From an uncultured Fibrobacterota bacterium (GTDB lineage: Bacteria > Fibrobacterota > Chitinivibrionia > Chitinivibrionales > FEN-1185): a stretch of 64,000 bases of DNA. The notes under the pieces were generated by a model. The model ran no database searches. It was given only the letters and a program-made list of their open reading frames with translations, and was not told the DNA's origin. Below, one piece after another: positions 10,477 to 20,055 of this stretch (positions are counted from its first letter, which is position 1; each line of letters begins with the position of its first letter). The DNA lies in assembly GCA_963753345.1 (NCBI GenBank), contig CAVWBU010000018.1:98087-162086 (forward strand). The letters are read 5' to 3'. The position numbers were made by a program, and so were the translations under genes.

Positions 10477-10592
10477 GGAATGTGGATTGAAGGCGATAGA
10501 TGCGAGTGAAGTGAAGCAATCACCGGCAACGTTGACGTTTGGCAATTGACCGCGGATCTTCAGCGCATGCGAAATTGCGCAAGAAGAACTAC

Positions 10593-10785
10593 TTGACGGA
10601 ATAGATTCCGGCTACCGCGCGTTAGGGGCGACGGAGTGGTCCCGCCGAAGCGGGATTGCCGGCCGACGACCCTTGGAAGCACCCGACGGGGTGCCCCGCC
10701 GCAACGCGGCTTCGGGGCGGTCCGGCAACGAGGCGAACAGCCGAGCCCGGAGGAGAACCGACCCCGCAAAGCGGGGGAACGCCCA
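10593..10785 (+). repeat. Dispersed structured repeat family A, copy 3
   Basis: TTGACGGAATAG..CCGCGCGTTAGGGGCGAC...GGCAACGAGGCGAACAGCCGAGCCCGG..CCGACCCCGCAAAGCGGGGGAACGCCCA. Confidence 0.85.
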
Positions 10786-10817
10786 TCCCCCTCGACTTCT
10801 ATTACTGCGTGTAATAG

Positions 10818-11437
10818 TTATTCCGACAACCTGAACGGCGGATACTCATCCGTGATCAGCAGGAACGCGTACGCGTTCACCCGCAGCGACCACCGGAGCA
10901 CGCCCACCACAAACTCGTGCATCCCCGCCGGATATTTCCCGGTGAAGAGAATGGCGAACCATGCGATGATCGTTACGAACACAACGGAAATGCCCAGGAA
11001 GACAAGGATGAAAATGTGCGGGATGGCAAGGAACCATTTCACCAGCGGCATCCCCCGCGACAATTCCTGCGCAGCGTCGGATAACGCAGTTCGATGTTGA
11101 CGGACTGGTCTTCCGCAAGCGCCGGATACTCATCGCGCAGTATCAGGAGATAGGCGCCGATCCTTGTGGAGAATTTCGTGAGTGACACGTTCCAGTCGAA
11201 CCACCAGCGGGGATATTTTCTCCTGAACAGAATGGCGAGCACCGTGGGAAGGAGCAGTATTCCCGGCCCCGCCCAGTGTCCGTTTTTCGAGGTGAACCCG
11301 ACCAGAAGGACCAGGATGATCGCCACCGGTATGGCGCAGAATATCCTGAAAAAGCATGTGAGCCGGTCCGACGAGGCCGGGTGGGGAATGGCAAGCCTTG
11401 CAAAGGGAAAAGAAGGGACGGTCTGCTGCTCGTTCAT
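10818..11437 (-). pseudogene. DUF4389-like membrane protein split by a 1-nt frameshift near 11080
   Basis: ORFs 11039-11437 and 10818-11063 each carry one LF..KYP..W/F..R..AY..L..DEYP repeat. Adding one base restores ..LRYPDAAQELSRGMPLVKW. May be a sequencing error. Confidence 0.75.
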
Positions 11438-11711
11438 GGCTTCTCCTTTGTGAAGTAAGCTGATTTTATTTGATTGATTTGCTCTTGAAAGGATTGGGCT
11501 GACCCAAACAAAATGACTTGGAAGTGGGCTTGGATATCAAACTACAATCTGCATTCGTCGCTGTCCATGTTGGATCTTAGGTTGGTTTTAACACTTGTGC
11601 GGGCTGCCATCAACAGGATTAAGAGAAGGAAATACATCCCGATAGTTGATAGCTCAAAGAGGGATAATTGCCAATCACCCTAAATATACCGAACAGCGTA
11701 GATTGAATGAG

Positions 11712-11876
11712 TTTACAGAATAGATTTCCTCTGCCGCGCGCCAGGCAGGACTGGAGGCCGCGCTGGAGCGCGGTGCCGCCCGGACCCGCCGCGTCAGCGG
11801 CGTAGGGCCGAGGCGGCCCGAGGCCGAAGGCCGAGACCGGAAGGACGGCCGCCGCTGCGAAGCAGCGGGGCGCCCA
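11712..11876 (+). repeat. Dispersed structured repeat family A, copy 4
   Basis: Internal GCCGCCCGGACCCGCCGC..GCGGC.TAGGGCCG.GGCGGCCCGAGGCCG.AGGCCGAGACCGGAAGGA matches the copy at 40610-40788. Confidence 0.85.
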
Positions 11877-11891
11877 TATTTTTAACACTCT

Positions 11892-12599
11892 TCATCCGCC
11901 CAGATACGCCGCTATCACCTTGGGATTGTCCCGAATCTCGGCCGCCCTTCCGCTCAGCACGATGCACCCGGTTTCCAATACATAGGCGGAATGCGCAATA
12001 GTCAATGCCTTGTGCGCGTTCTGTTCCACCAGAAGAATCGTGGCGCCCTCGCCGTTGATCCTTTGGATCGTCTCGAACATACTTGACACAAGGGAAGGCG
12101 AGAGACCCATGGAAGGCTCGTCGAGCAGAAGAAGTTCGGCGCCGGAAACCAGGGCGCGTCCCACGGCGAGCATCTGCTGTTCCCCTCCGGAAAGCGTGCC
12201 CGCGGTCTGTTTCGCGCGCTCGCTAAGCCTGGGAAACAGGTCGAACACGTGCGCGAGCGCAGTTTCGAACGCGGCTTTGGGCTGACCCGCCGACGCGGCC
12301 ACCTCCAGGTTTTCCATCACGGTGAGTGGGGAGAAAATGCCGCGGCCCTCGGGCACGTGCGCGATGCCCATTCTGGCGATGGTGTGGGCCGGAAGCCGCG
12401 CAATGTCTTTTCCTTTGAAGCGAATGGCGCCGGCCGAAGCACGGTGGAGGCCGGAAATGGTGCGCAGAATGGTCGATTTCCCGGCGCCGTTTGCGCCTAC
12501 AATGGCGACAATATGTCCCTTGTCGACGGAAAAGGAGACGTCGTCGAGCGCGGTGATGGAGCCGTAGGCGGCGCGGACGTGTTCCGCTTCAAGCAGCAT
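11892..12599 (-). CDS. livF: Branched-chain amino acid ABC transporter ATP-binding protein
   Basis: GANGAGKS, HVPEGRGIF, LSGGEQQM, LLLDEPSMGL and LLVEQN motifs. Confidence 0.93.
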   Translation of the reverse strand: MLLEAEHVRAAYGSITALDDVSFSVDKGHIVAIVGANGAGKSTILRTISGLHRASAGAIRFKGKDIARLPAHTIARMGIAHVPEGRGIFSPLTVMENLEVAASAGQPKAAFETALAHVFDLFPRLSERAKQTAGTLSGGEQQMLAVGRALVSGAELLLLDEPSMGLSPSLVSSMFETIQRINGEGATILLVEQNAHKALTIAHSAYVLETGCIVLSGRAAEIRDNPKVIAAYLGG

Positions 12600-13368
12600 G
12601 GCCGCCCTCTTTTCCGAGATAGGCCTCGATCACGCGCGGGTCGCTGCGCACGTCGGCGGGCGCGCCCTGCGCTATTGTTTCTCCAAAGTCAAGAACAACG
12701 ATCCTTTGCGAGACCTTCATGATCACGTGCATGTTGTGCTCGATGATGAGCATGGTGAGGCCGAAGCGTTCCTTGACCCACAGGATGGTGTCGATAAGGT
12801 CCTTTGCCTCGTTGAGGTTCATGCCCGCGGCGGGCTCGTCGAGCAGCAGCAGCGACGGCCCGGTGGCGATCGCGCGCGCGATCTCCAGGCGGCGCTGCTG
12901 ACCGTAGGCCAGCGAGGAACTGCGCAGATCCGCCTTTGCCTCGAGCCCGAAAATGGACAACAGGTCGCGGCACCAGGCATCGAGGTCGTGCTCGCTTGTC
13001 CAGAACCGGGGCGGATGGAACAGCGACGCGGCAAGGCCGTAGCCCGTACGGCGCCGTGCCGCCACCTTGATGTTGTCGATAATCGACATGTCGTGAAACA
13101 GGCGGATGTTCTGGAATGTCCTTGCAATGCCTTTGCGGTTCACTGCATGCGGCGCGAGGCCCGCCACCGACTCGCCGTTGAACACGATGTCGCCCCTGCT
13201 CGGTTTGTAGATGCCCGAGATCAGGTTGAACACCGTAGTCTTGCCCGCGCCGTTGGGACCGATGAGCCCAACAAGCTCGCCGCGCTCCATTGACAGATTA
13301 AAGTCCGCCACGGCGCACAGGCCGCCGAAGTAGCGGGTGAGGCCGGTTATGGTGAACAGCGGCATCAT
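12589..13368 (-). CDS. livG: Branched-chain amino acid ABC transporter ATP-binding protein
   Basis: FGGLCAV, GPNGAGKT, ARTFQNIRLF, LAYGQQRRLEIARA, DEPAAG and VIEAYLG motifs. Confidence 0.93.
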   Translation of the reverse strand: MMPLFTITGLTRYFGGLCAVADFNLSMERGELVGLIGPNGAGKTTVFNLISGIYKPSRGDIVFNGESVAGLAPHAVNRKGIARTFQNIRLFHDMSIIDNIKVAARRRTGYGLAASLFHPPRFWTSEHDLDAWCRDLLSIFGLEAKADLRSSSLAYGQQRRLEIARAIATGPSLLLLDEPAAGMNLNEAKDLIDTILWVKERFGLTMLIIEHNMHVIMKVSQRIVVLDFGETIAQGAPADVRSDPRVIEAYLGKEGGHAA

Positions 13369-14390
13369 GATTTCCTTTTTTCCACCATTTCCTTGTATTT
13401 CCACGGCACAAGGAACGAAAACTCGCGCTCGCCCATGATCCCGTCACGCAGGAACCGCATCACCAGAATGAGGATGAGCGGGTAGATGGCCATGCGCCAT
13501 GCCTCCAGGTTTACAAGCCGGAGGCCTTCGGGTACGAGGGTGAAAATGCCCGCTCCCACGATGCTGCCCGCGATGCTGTGCGGCCCGCCTATGTACAGAA
13601 AGATGAGAATGTCGAGCGTCTTGAGAAAGCCGAAGTTGTCGGGATTGATGTAGCGGCTCAGGTGGGCAAACAAGGCGCCGGCGATGCCCGCGAAAAAGGC
13701 GCCGAGCGCAAAAGCGCACACCTTCTGGAACGTGGCGTTGACGCCCATGCAGGAAGCCGCGATTTCGTTGTCGCGCACGGCAATGCACGCCCTGCCGAAA
13801 TGCGAATACACGAAGTTGCGCATCATCCAGAGCGAAAGAACAAAGAACGCGCCCACGTAGAATGCTCCGGAAAACGCGGGAATGGCGGGAATGCCGCGCG
13901 GCCCGCCCAGAACGTCGGTGAAGCGAAGCCCGGCCCGGATCACCTCGCCTGCGGCAAGCGTCACGATGGCAAGGTAATCGCCGCGCAGCCGAAGCGAAGG
14001 AAAACCGATGGCAATGCCGAACGCGCCGGCCGCGGCGCCGCCCGCAAACACCGACAGCACAAACACCGCGTGGCCCGCAATAGACGTCGCGGCAAGCGGA
14101 GTGCCGAAAATCAACTTCGGCAGCAGGGTGGTTATCGTCGCCGAGGCGTACGCGCCGATGGCCATGAATCCCGCATGCCCGAGTGAGAACTGGCCCGAGA
14201 AGCCGTTGATAAGCGCGAGCGACGCCGTGAGGATGATGTTGATTTCGATGAGAAAGAAGATGCGGGAGTAATACTGGAACTGGCGGTGGCCGGAAAACAT
14301 TCCGAGCGCCGTTTGGGCGATAATGAATATGCCCAAGATCAGGAGGACCTTGGTCGTATGTTGTGGCTTTGATTCGATTTGTAAATGCAT
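13365..14390 (-). CDS. livM: Branched-chain amino acid ABC transporter permease
   Basis: GQFSLGHAGFMAIGAY, LRLRGDYLAIVTLA and GRACIAVRDNEIAA motifs. Confidence 0.92.
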   Translation of the reverse strand: MHLQIESKPQHTTKVLLILGIFIIAQTALGMFSGHRQFQYYSRIFFLIEINIILTASLALINGFSGQFSLGHAGFMAIGAYASATITTLLPKLIFGTPLAATSIAGHAVFVLSVFAGGAAAGAFGIAIGFPSLRLRGDYLAIVTLAAGEVIRAGLRFTDVLGGPRGIPAIPAFSGAFYVGAFFVLSLWMMRNFVYSHFGRACIAVRDNEIAASCMGVNATFQKVCAFALGAFFAGIAGALFAHLSRYINPDNFGFLKTLDILIFLYIGGPHSIAGSIVGAGIFTLVPEGLRLVNLEAWRMAIYPLILILVMRFLRDGIMGEREFSFLVPWKYKEMVEKRKS

Positions 14391-14409
14391 GTAAATAGAC
14401 CTTAAGATT

Positions 14410-14576
14410 TGGGCGTCCCCGCTGCTTCGCCGCGGCGGCCCTCCTTCCAGGCTCGGCCTATCGGCCTCGTTGCCGCCTGCCGCAATGGCTCTTTGAGCCG
14501 CGGTCAGGCGGCAATGCGCTCTGGCGCACCTTCCAGTCCTGCCTGGCGCGCGGTAGAAGAATCTCTATTCAGTCAA
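14410..14576 (-). repeat. Dispersed structured repeat family A, copy 5 (between livH and livM)
   Basis: Reverse complement reads TTGACTGAATAG..CCGCGCGCCAGGCAGGACTGG..TTGCCGCCTG..CAGGCGGCAACGAGG..GGGGACGCCCA. Confidence 0.85.
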
Positions 14577-14635
14577 CGTTGTAACAGCGCCATTCCGCAT
14601 CCTCAGCACACTAGTCAATGGTTCTTTCTTTGCTT

Positions 14636-14796
14636 TTCAACTTAGCAACTTTCGCTCGTGGGTGCCCCCGCACAGGTGTATGGTTCTTCGCGGCGCCATC
14701 AAGGGGGCCACCCGGGAGAGGGGGGTGCCGAGCGACACCGCAGTCCCAGCTGCAGGCGGGGCGGGGAGGCGAGGCCAGGGGAGATACCTCTCCCCC
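14636..14796 (-). repeat. Dispersed structured repeat family B, copy 2
   Basis: GTGGGTGCCCCCGCAC..CACCC.GGAG.GGGG..terminal GGGGAGA..TCTCCCC hairpin; matches 28164-28327. Confidence 0.75.
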
Positions 14797-14826
14797 AATA
14801 AATTTTAGTCATTTAATTGGCAATTT

Positions 14827-15990
14827 TTACACTTTTTCCTGCTCACTTTTCCCCAGAATTCCTGTCGGCTTGACAAGAAGGATGATCATCAATATGATAA
14901 ACGCCGCGGCAAACCCGAGGTTCGAATCCACCGAATTCGCGAACACCTCCGATATTCCCATGATAAATGCTCCGATCACCGCGCCGGGCAGGCTGCCGAT
15001 GCCGCCGAGGACCGCGGCGATAAACGCCTTCATGCCGGGCGCAAAACCCAGAAACGGCGACTGGAGCACGCCGTAGTTCATGGCGTAAAGAATGCCCGAT
15101 GCGCCCGCCAGCGCGGGGCCGATCACAAAGGTGAGCGCAATGATTCCGTTGACGTCAATGCCCATGAGCGCGGCGGCGTCATGGTTGAACGCCACAGCCC
15201 GCATCTGTTTTCCCAACAGCGTCTTCTCCACGAGGAACCAGAGCAGCAACAGCAGCAACCCGCACACGGCGATGTTGATGACGAACATGTTGGTGACCGA
15301 GACGTCGAGCCCGGGAATGCGCAGGAGGTCGACCCGCTTGAGCAGGTCGGGGAACGCGCGGTACTTGTTTTCGAACACCATGGGCAGGGAGCAGAAGTTC
15401 TCGAGGAAGTAGGAAACGCCGAGCGCGGTGATGAGCACCGAGAGCCTCTTCCTGCGGCGCAGCGGCCGGTAGGCGATGCGCTCCATGGCGGCGCCGAGCA
15501 CGGCGCAAACTGCCATTACGTAAAGCACGAGCAGGGGAAAAAACAGCAGGCCGAGCCTTAGCGAGTAGAGACCGCGTGAAATCGCGAGCAGCGCGGGCGC
15601 GATCGCGCAGGTGAGCGCGGCAATGCACACTAGTTTCGCCGCGTTTTCCGCGGCAACCTGCGCGGCCTTCACCCGGAACAGGCCCCCGAGAACCGGCAGG
15701 TTGCGCATCGCGAACCGCTCGAACAGGACGGCCGTGATGAGATACGCCAGCGCCAGTCCGACAAGGACGCAGAGCTGCGGCGGAAACGCAGCCGACCCTG
15801 CGTAAAACGAGGCGGCGAAGAACGCAACATACGCGCCCACCATAAAGATATCGGCGTGGGCGAAATTGATGAGCTTGATCACGCCGTAGACAAGCGTGTA
15901 CCCCAGCGCGATAAGGGCGTAGATGGAGCCGAGCTGGAGGCCGTTGATCAATTGCTGGAGGAGGTAGGACAGCATGGGCGAGCTATGCAT
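14827..15990 (-). CDS. livH: Branched-chain amino acid ABC transporter permease (long form)
   Basis: NGLQLGSIYALIALGYTLVYGVIKLINFAH, GKQMRAVA and KAFIAAVLGGIGS motifs. Confidence 0.92.
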   Translation of the reverse strand: MHSSPMLSYLLQQLINGLQLGSIYALIALGYTLVYGVIKLINFAHADIFMVGAYVAFFAASFYAGSAAFPPQLCVLVGLALAYLITAVLFERFAMRNLPVLGGLFRVKAAQVAAENAAKLVCIAALTCAIAPALLAISRGLYSLRLGLLFFPLLVLYVMAVCAVLGAAMERIAYRPLRRRKRLSVLITALGVSYFLENFCSLPMVFENKYRAFPDLLKRVDLLRIPGLDVSVTNMFVINIAVCGLLLLLLWFLVEKTLLGKQMRAVAFNHDAAALMGIDVNGIIALTFVIGPALAGASGILYAMNYGVLQSPFLGFAPGMKAFIAAVLGGIGSLPGAVIGAFIMGISEVFANSVDSNLGFAAAFIILMIILLVKPTGILGKSEQEKV

Positions 15991-16202
15991 TCCCTTGTGT
16001 CAAATCAGCCGGTGTGAGTCAACACAGTTTCAAAGCGATTTGCCACCTGGCCGTCAAATGCCGCGGACGCATCCGAAGCCCGTGCGTAAAGAAGAGAAAA
16101 ACTACGTATTCCTCACCAGGAAAGCAAATGCACCATGGGGGTGGCACCGTGCGCTTTGTACCGGCGAGGGAGGAGGTTGTGGAAGGGCGAAATTCCGCCG
16201 CT

Positions 16203-17072
16203 CTAGCTCGCGGGAAGAATCCGACCAAGTGCCGCCATAATCGCCTGCGGATCAATGGTATCGAGGCAGTGTTTCTCCTTGAGCGGGCACGGCTGAGCAT
16301 AGGGCACCGATCCTTTGCCTGGGCCGATGCACGGGTCGGTCGGATCGCAGGGCTTGGCCGCTTGGAGGTGCACCTGCTCGTCGTATCCGTACACCTCGTG
16401 GCTGGTGGGGCCCCACATCGCGACCGCCCGGACACCCGCGCAGTGCGCGGCGTGCATGACGAAGTTGTCAAGCGTTATCACTGCGTTCATGCGTTTTAAC
16501 AGCGCGATGAGCTGGCGCGGGGTGGTGAGCCCGAGGAGCGAGTAGGCGCCGCGCACGTGACGGTCCGACGCCCTTCCCACCTGAAATATGCCGATGTCCC
16601 TCGACGCGAGGGCCGCCGCGACCGACCGCCATATGTCAAGCGACATCTCCTTCTTGGGGGAAGCAGAGGATGCCGCGATGGCTACGTTGGTTTTTTTCCA
16701 CGGCAGAAAATCGGTCAGCAGTTTGTCTTCCGTGCCGTCATTGGAAATCCAGAGGCGCTCGTCCACGGGCGTTGTGAGGCCGAAGGTGCGGGCCAGAATC
16801 TGGAACGGCCGCGCCGGGCCCGGCCCCAGGGTCTCGAGGCTCCAGTAGGTCATGTGAACGAGGGGAGCGTCTGCCGGAGGGTGGCCGATATCGGCGATGG
16901 CAGGATGCCCGGTCAGAATGTCGGTGTAATCGGTCCGCCGGATAAGATTGTAGCGTTGCTTCGGGTTCCTGTCGTGCACCATCTTGAGCACGCCGGAGAG
17001 CATGAGCGCGTCGCCCTGGCCGCCCACAGGGTTAATCCAGGGATACGCGTTTCCTTTTGTTTCATGAGCCAT
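16203..17072 (-). CDS. Glycosyltransferase family 9 (heptosyltransferase-like)
   Basis: N-terminal GGQGDALM; C-terminal LLG.TT..QL.AL....NAVITLDNFVMHAA....VRAVAMWGPT and a Cys-rich C...PC..C tail typical of GT9. Confidence 0.82.
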   Translation of the reverse strand: MAHETKGNAYPWINPVGGQGDALMLSGVLKMVHDRNPKQRYNLIRRTDYTDILTGHPAIADIGHPPADAPLVHMTYWSLETLGPGPARPFQILARTFGLTTPVDERLWISNDGTEDKLLTDFLPWKKTNVAIAASSASPKKEMSLDIWRSVAAALASRDIGIFQVGRASDRHVRGAYSLLGLTTPRQLIALLKRMNAVITLDNFVMHAAHCAGVRAVAMWGPTSHEVYGYDEQVHLQAAKPCDPTDPCIGPGKGSVPYAQPCPLKEKHCLDTIDPQAIMAALGRILPAS

Positions 17073-18171
17073 GGTGCTGGAACCTCAGGCCGGTTATCGG
17101 TTCAAAGTAATCCGTTATGAACATCCGTTTGGAATCGCACCATTCGCTTTTGTGAAGAAATCCCTTATGCTGCGACCACGCGTCCAGCGGGCATCCGCCG
17201 TGGCACAGTTTCCAGAAGCGGCACCCGGCGCATTCGCCGTCGCGCAGCACCCCGCTGCGCCGGGCCAGCTCGTCGCGCTGCGAGTCGGCAAGGATTTCCG
17301 CGAGCGATCGTTGCTGAATGTTGCCGTACGGGAGCAGGTCCCAGTCCGCTGAGCGGCCGCATTGCGAGGTTTCGCCGTTCGGCGCGATATTCACGTGGCT
17401 GTAGGCGCACTCCCCGGAATCGCAGCAGCCGAGGTTGAAGATGTTGTCCCGAATATTGTCGGTGATGCGGCGCAGCGGCTGAACGTTCGGATACCGGCCC
17501 TGGTGCTTCCACCAGACCGGAAACAGGGCGCCCAGGAAATCCGCGAATTCGCGCGGGGTCACCGCAAGGTCTTTGCGCTCGTTGTCGTAGATGAGCACCG
17601 GGTTCAGGTTGAAATTACCGCCGGGGCATAGATTGACAAGGTAGTAAAAAAGGTCGAGCGGCCGGGCGAGCGACAGGCGCGTGACCACGTAGATTATTCC
17701 CCAGGTGAACCCGTTCCGCTTGAGCACCGAAAGCCCGTTAAAAAACCGCTCCCTGTACCATTCGGAATCGGGCGTTGCGCCTGGTCCCCGAATGTTGGGG
17801 AGAGGGTCGTAGCTGGTTCCCATGCTCGTGATGCGCAGGGCGCGCAGTGCAGGTATGTACTCCTCGGTAAGACACGTAAGGTTGGTCTGAATGCAGTGCC
17901 TGATGCGCGGCGCGGTTGACGGGCAATATGTTCGTTCCAATGCGGCCGCCTTTTCCAGATAGGCGGGCCCCAGAAGGAGCGGTTCGCCGCCGTGCCATAT
18001 GAACGAGACCGCTTCCGCGGGCTTGGCAAGAAGGAATTCATTTATTCTTGTAAAGAGCATTTCCAGAATTTCAAATGACATAGTCTCGCCCCCGCGGGGC
18101 TTTCGCACCACGTCGCAATAAGCGCAGTTGGAATTGCACTTCTCGGTTACTTTGACGATCAGGTTTGCCAT
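17062..18171 (-). CDS. Radical SAM/SPASM enzyme (anSME/peptide-maturase-like)
   Basis: KVTEKCNSNCAYC (CX3CX2C), WHGGEPLL and IQTN; SPASM C..NIAPNG...QC and CAGCRFWKLCHGGCP..WC. Confidence 0.93.
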   Translation of the reverse strand: MANLIVKVTEKCNSNCAYCDVVRKPRGGETMSFEILEMLFTRINEFLLAKPAEAVSFIWHGGEPLLLGPAYLEKAAALERTYCPSTAPRIRHCIQTNLTCLTEEYIPALRALRITSMGTSYDPLPNIRGPGATPDSEWYRERFFNGLSVLKRNGFTWGIIYVVTRLSLARPLDLFYYLVNLCPGGNFNLNPVLIYDNERKDLAVTPREFADFLGALFPVWWKHQGRYPNVQPLRRITDNIRDNIFNLGCCDSGECAYSHVNIAPNGETSQCGRSADWDLLPYGNIQQRSLAEILADSQRDELARRSGVLRDGECAGCRFWKLCHGGCPLDAWSQHKGFLHKSEWCDSKRMFITDYFEPITGLRFQHHGS

Positions 18172-19007
18172 AGCATGTGCCGTCCCCGGCGGCTCAGATC
18201 CTTGCTCTGCTCCACCGCATCCAGCAGGTCGGCAAAGAATTCCTTTGCTTCATTGGGGCAGTTCGCGGGATCCGCAACCGTGCCGAGGCATACCGCCAGG
18301 GCGCTGCAGATTGCGCAGGAACTGTTCTGTGCCAATAGACCAAGTGCCGAATCCAAAGGCTCGGGAGGGGCGGCAAAAAACCGCTCGATGCTCGGGGCGA
18401 CGAATTCACCCCTGGCCAGGTCGGCCGCGGTGCGCGCGAGCGCGCCGTTTTCGTTCACGTGAAATGTGCCCGACGGGTCTTCGAACATCGCAGTTGTCAA
18501 GCGGTTGATGCCCGCTTCATTGTAATGTTCGGCCAGCCGCGCGAACGGATCGATCGGCGCATGGGGCGTGGTGCCCAGCAGCGCGTAGGTGCACAGGTCC
18601 GCGCAGCCGCCCCAGTCCGCAAAGCGGTCGATGATTGCGGCTGAGGCCAGTCCCAGTGACGAGAGGATGCGTATGCCCGCCAGATTCTCCGCCGTCGACG
18701 CGGGGACGTACACGCGGAGATTGAGACGCCGCAGATCGGGCAGAAGAGGGGCCAGATCGCGGAATCTTCCCACTCCGTCAACATAGAGCGCGAGCGGAAT
18801 GCCCTCCCACGACGTTTCGGGCTTGATTTCTGAGAGAAGCCCGGTGAAACGTGCGCGCACGCAGCGCACCGCAACATTGCATCGCCGGGCCAAGCCGAAA
18901 GCGTCAGCAATGCCCACGGTGGAGGCCGCATCGACGACAACGTTTCTGTCCTTGAGCGCACGAAGAAGCGGTTCCCTGGGCGGGCACACAAAAACGTGAT
19001 CGCTCAT
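18159..19007 (-). CDS. Hypothetical protein with a SPASM-like C-terminus and no CX3CX2C motif (degenerate rSAM-like)
   Basis: Overlaps both neighbours. FHVNENG hairpin-like segment and CAICSALAVC (CX2CX5C) near the C-terminus. Confidence 0.7.
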   Translation of the reverse strand: MSDHVFVCPPREPLLRALKDRNVVVDAASTVGIADAFGLARRCNVAVRCVRARFTGLLSEIKPETSWEGIPLALYVDGVGRFRDLAPLLPDLRRLNLRVYVPASTAENLAGIRILSSLGLASAAIIDRFADWGGCADLCTYALLGTTPHAPIDPFARLAEHYNEAGINRLTTAMFEDPSGTFHVNENGALARTAADLARGEFVAPSIERFFAAPPEPLDSALGLLAQNSSCAICSALAVCLGTVADPANCPNEAKEFFADLLDAVEQSKDLSRRGRHMLWQT

Positions 19008-20008
19008 GCGTACACCTCCTGAGCGCGCACGTTCGGCTCGTGACGGAAGGCCTCAAGCGCATGCGCCACGCAGCCGCCCGCGCAGTTGCCGTCCCTGCGA
19101 AGCCCGCAGGTGTCGCACGCCAGATATATTCCGCCCTGTTCGACGCGGATCTTCTTGGTGAGGCCGTCGTAATGGGTTCGCATTTCCGCAAGCGAGTTGA
19201 ACTCAAAGATGGACCGTTTGCCGAAGGCCGACAGCGGGAAGCAGGGCCACACGCTCATGTCCGGGCCGATGTCGATCACCGCGCCGCAGCCGAAGCGGCA
19301 TTCGCCGCCGTATCGCATGAACCAGGCGATCTGTTCATTTGTAAACCTGCACAGCGGAAACCCGCAATCCATGCCGGGACGGATGTGCAGCCGTTCGAGG
19401 AGCGGCGCGTGTTCGAAAAACCGCTTGATGATGAGGTCGATGTCCTTTAGGGAGATGAACAGGTTCTGCTGGCCGGGGATCGGGTGCGTAAGTCCGAGCC
19501 TGATGCTTCTCTTGAGGCCGAAACGGTTGATGTGGTGGCAGATGAAATCGAGGCTGAAATCGGTCTGGTAGATGTTGAAACCCGGCGCGACGCGGCCGCC
19601 GAATTCCGCAAGGAACGCCTCCACCCGCGGCAGTTCGGCGGCCGATTCCTCCGAACGGCCCGGATCGTTCACGTTGCAGATAAATGCGAGCGCCTCCTGG
19701 GGCAGCGCGGCAAATGCGGCCGAGGCATCCTTAAGCTTGCTTTCGGACATGATACCGCTGGTGAACACCCGGACATGGAAACGCCGCTCGATCAGGTAGA
19801 GAACCATGTCCACGAAATCCGGATGCAGGGTGGGCTCCCCGCCGAGTATCGAAAAGGCCCGTTCGCCGCCGGCCTCGAAGAAGTCCGCAAGGTAGATGAC
19901 GTTTTCCCACGAGATTACGTCGTCCGGTGAGGAATCGGACATGTGCTTGCGGGCGAAACAGTAGGGACACGATCGCACGCAGCGCTGGGTGAAAAGAACA
20001 TTGGGCAT
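19004..20008 (-). CDS. Radical SAM/SPASM enzyme
   Basis: TQRCVRSCPYC (CX3CX2C) and LGGEPTLHP; GC..IDIGPD.SVWPC and CDTC......NCAGGC; RBS AAGGTG. Confidence 0.93.
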   Translation of the reverse strand: MPNVLFTQRCVRSCPYCFARKHMSDSSPDDVISWENVIYLADFFEAGGERAFSILGGEPTLHPDFVDMVLYLIERRFHVRVFTSGIMSESKLKDASAAFAALPQEALAFICNVNDPGRSEESAAELPRVEAFLAEFGGRVAPGFNIYQTDFSLDFICHHINRFGLKRSIRLGLTHPIPGQQNLFISLKDIDLIIKRFFEHAPLLERLHIRPGMDCGFPLCRFTNEQIAWFMRYGGECRFGCGAVIDIGPDMSVWPCFPLSAFGKRSIFEFNSLAEMRTHYDGLTKKIRVEQGGIYLACDTCGLRRDGNCAGGCVAHALEAFRHEPNVRAQEVYA

Positions 20009-20055
20009 AAAGTCACCTTATTGGTTTGGCCGCAGTCTGAGAAGGTCGGCCGGAC

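Noticed and set aside
16019..16471. 150-aa ORF after the GT9 gene
   Set aside because: Largely overlaps GT9 in another frame and has no protein-like features.
17062..18171. Second rSAM as a plain anaerobic sulfatase maturase
   Set aside because: No sulfatase gene is in the window, and it is coupled to a peptide-led operon. Not fully excluded without phylogeny.
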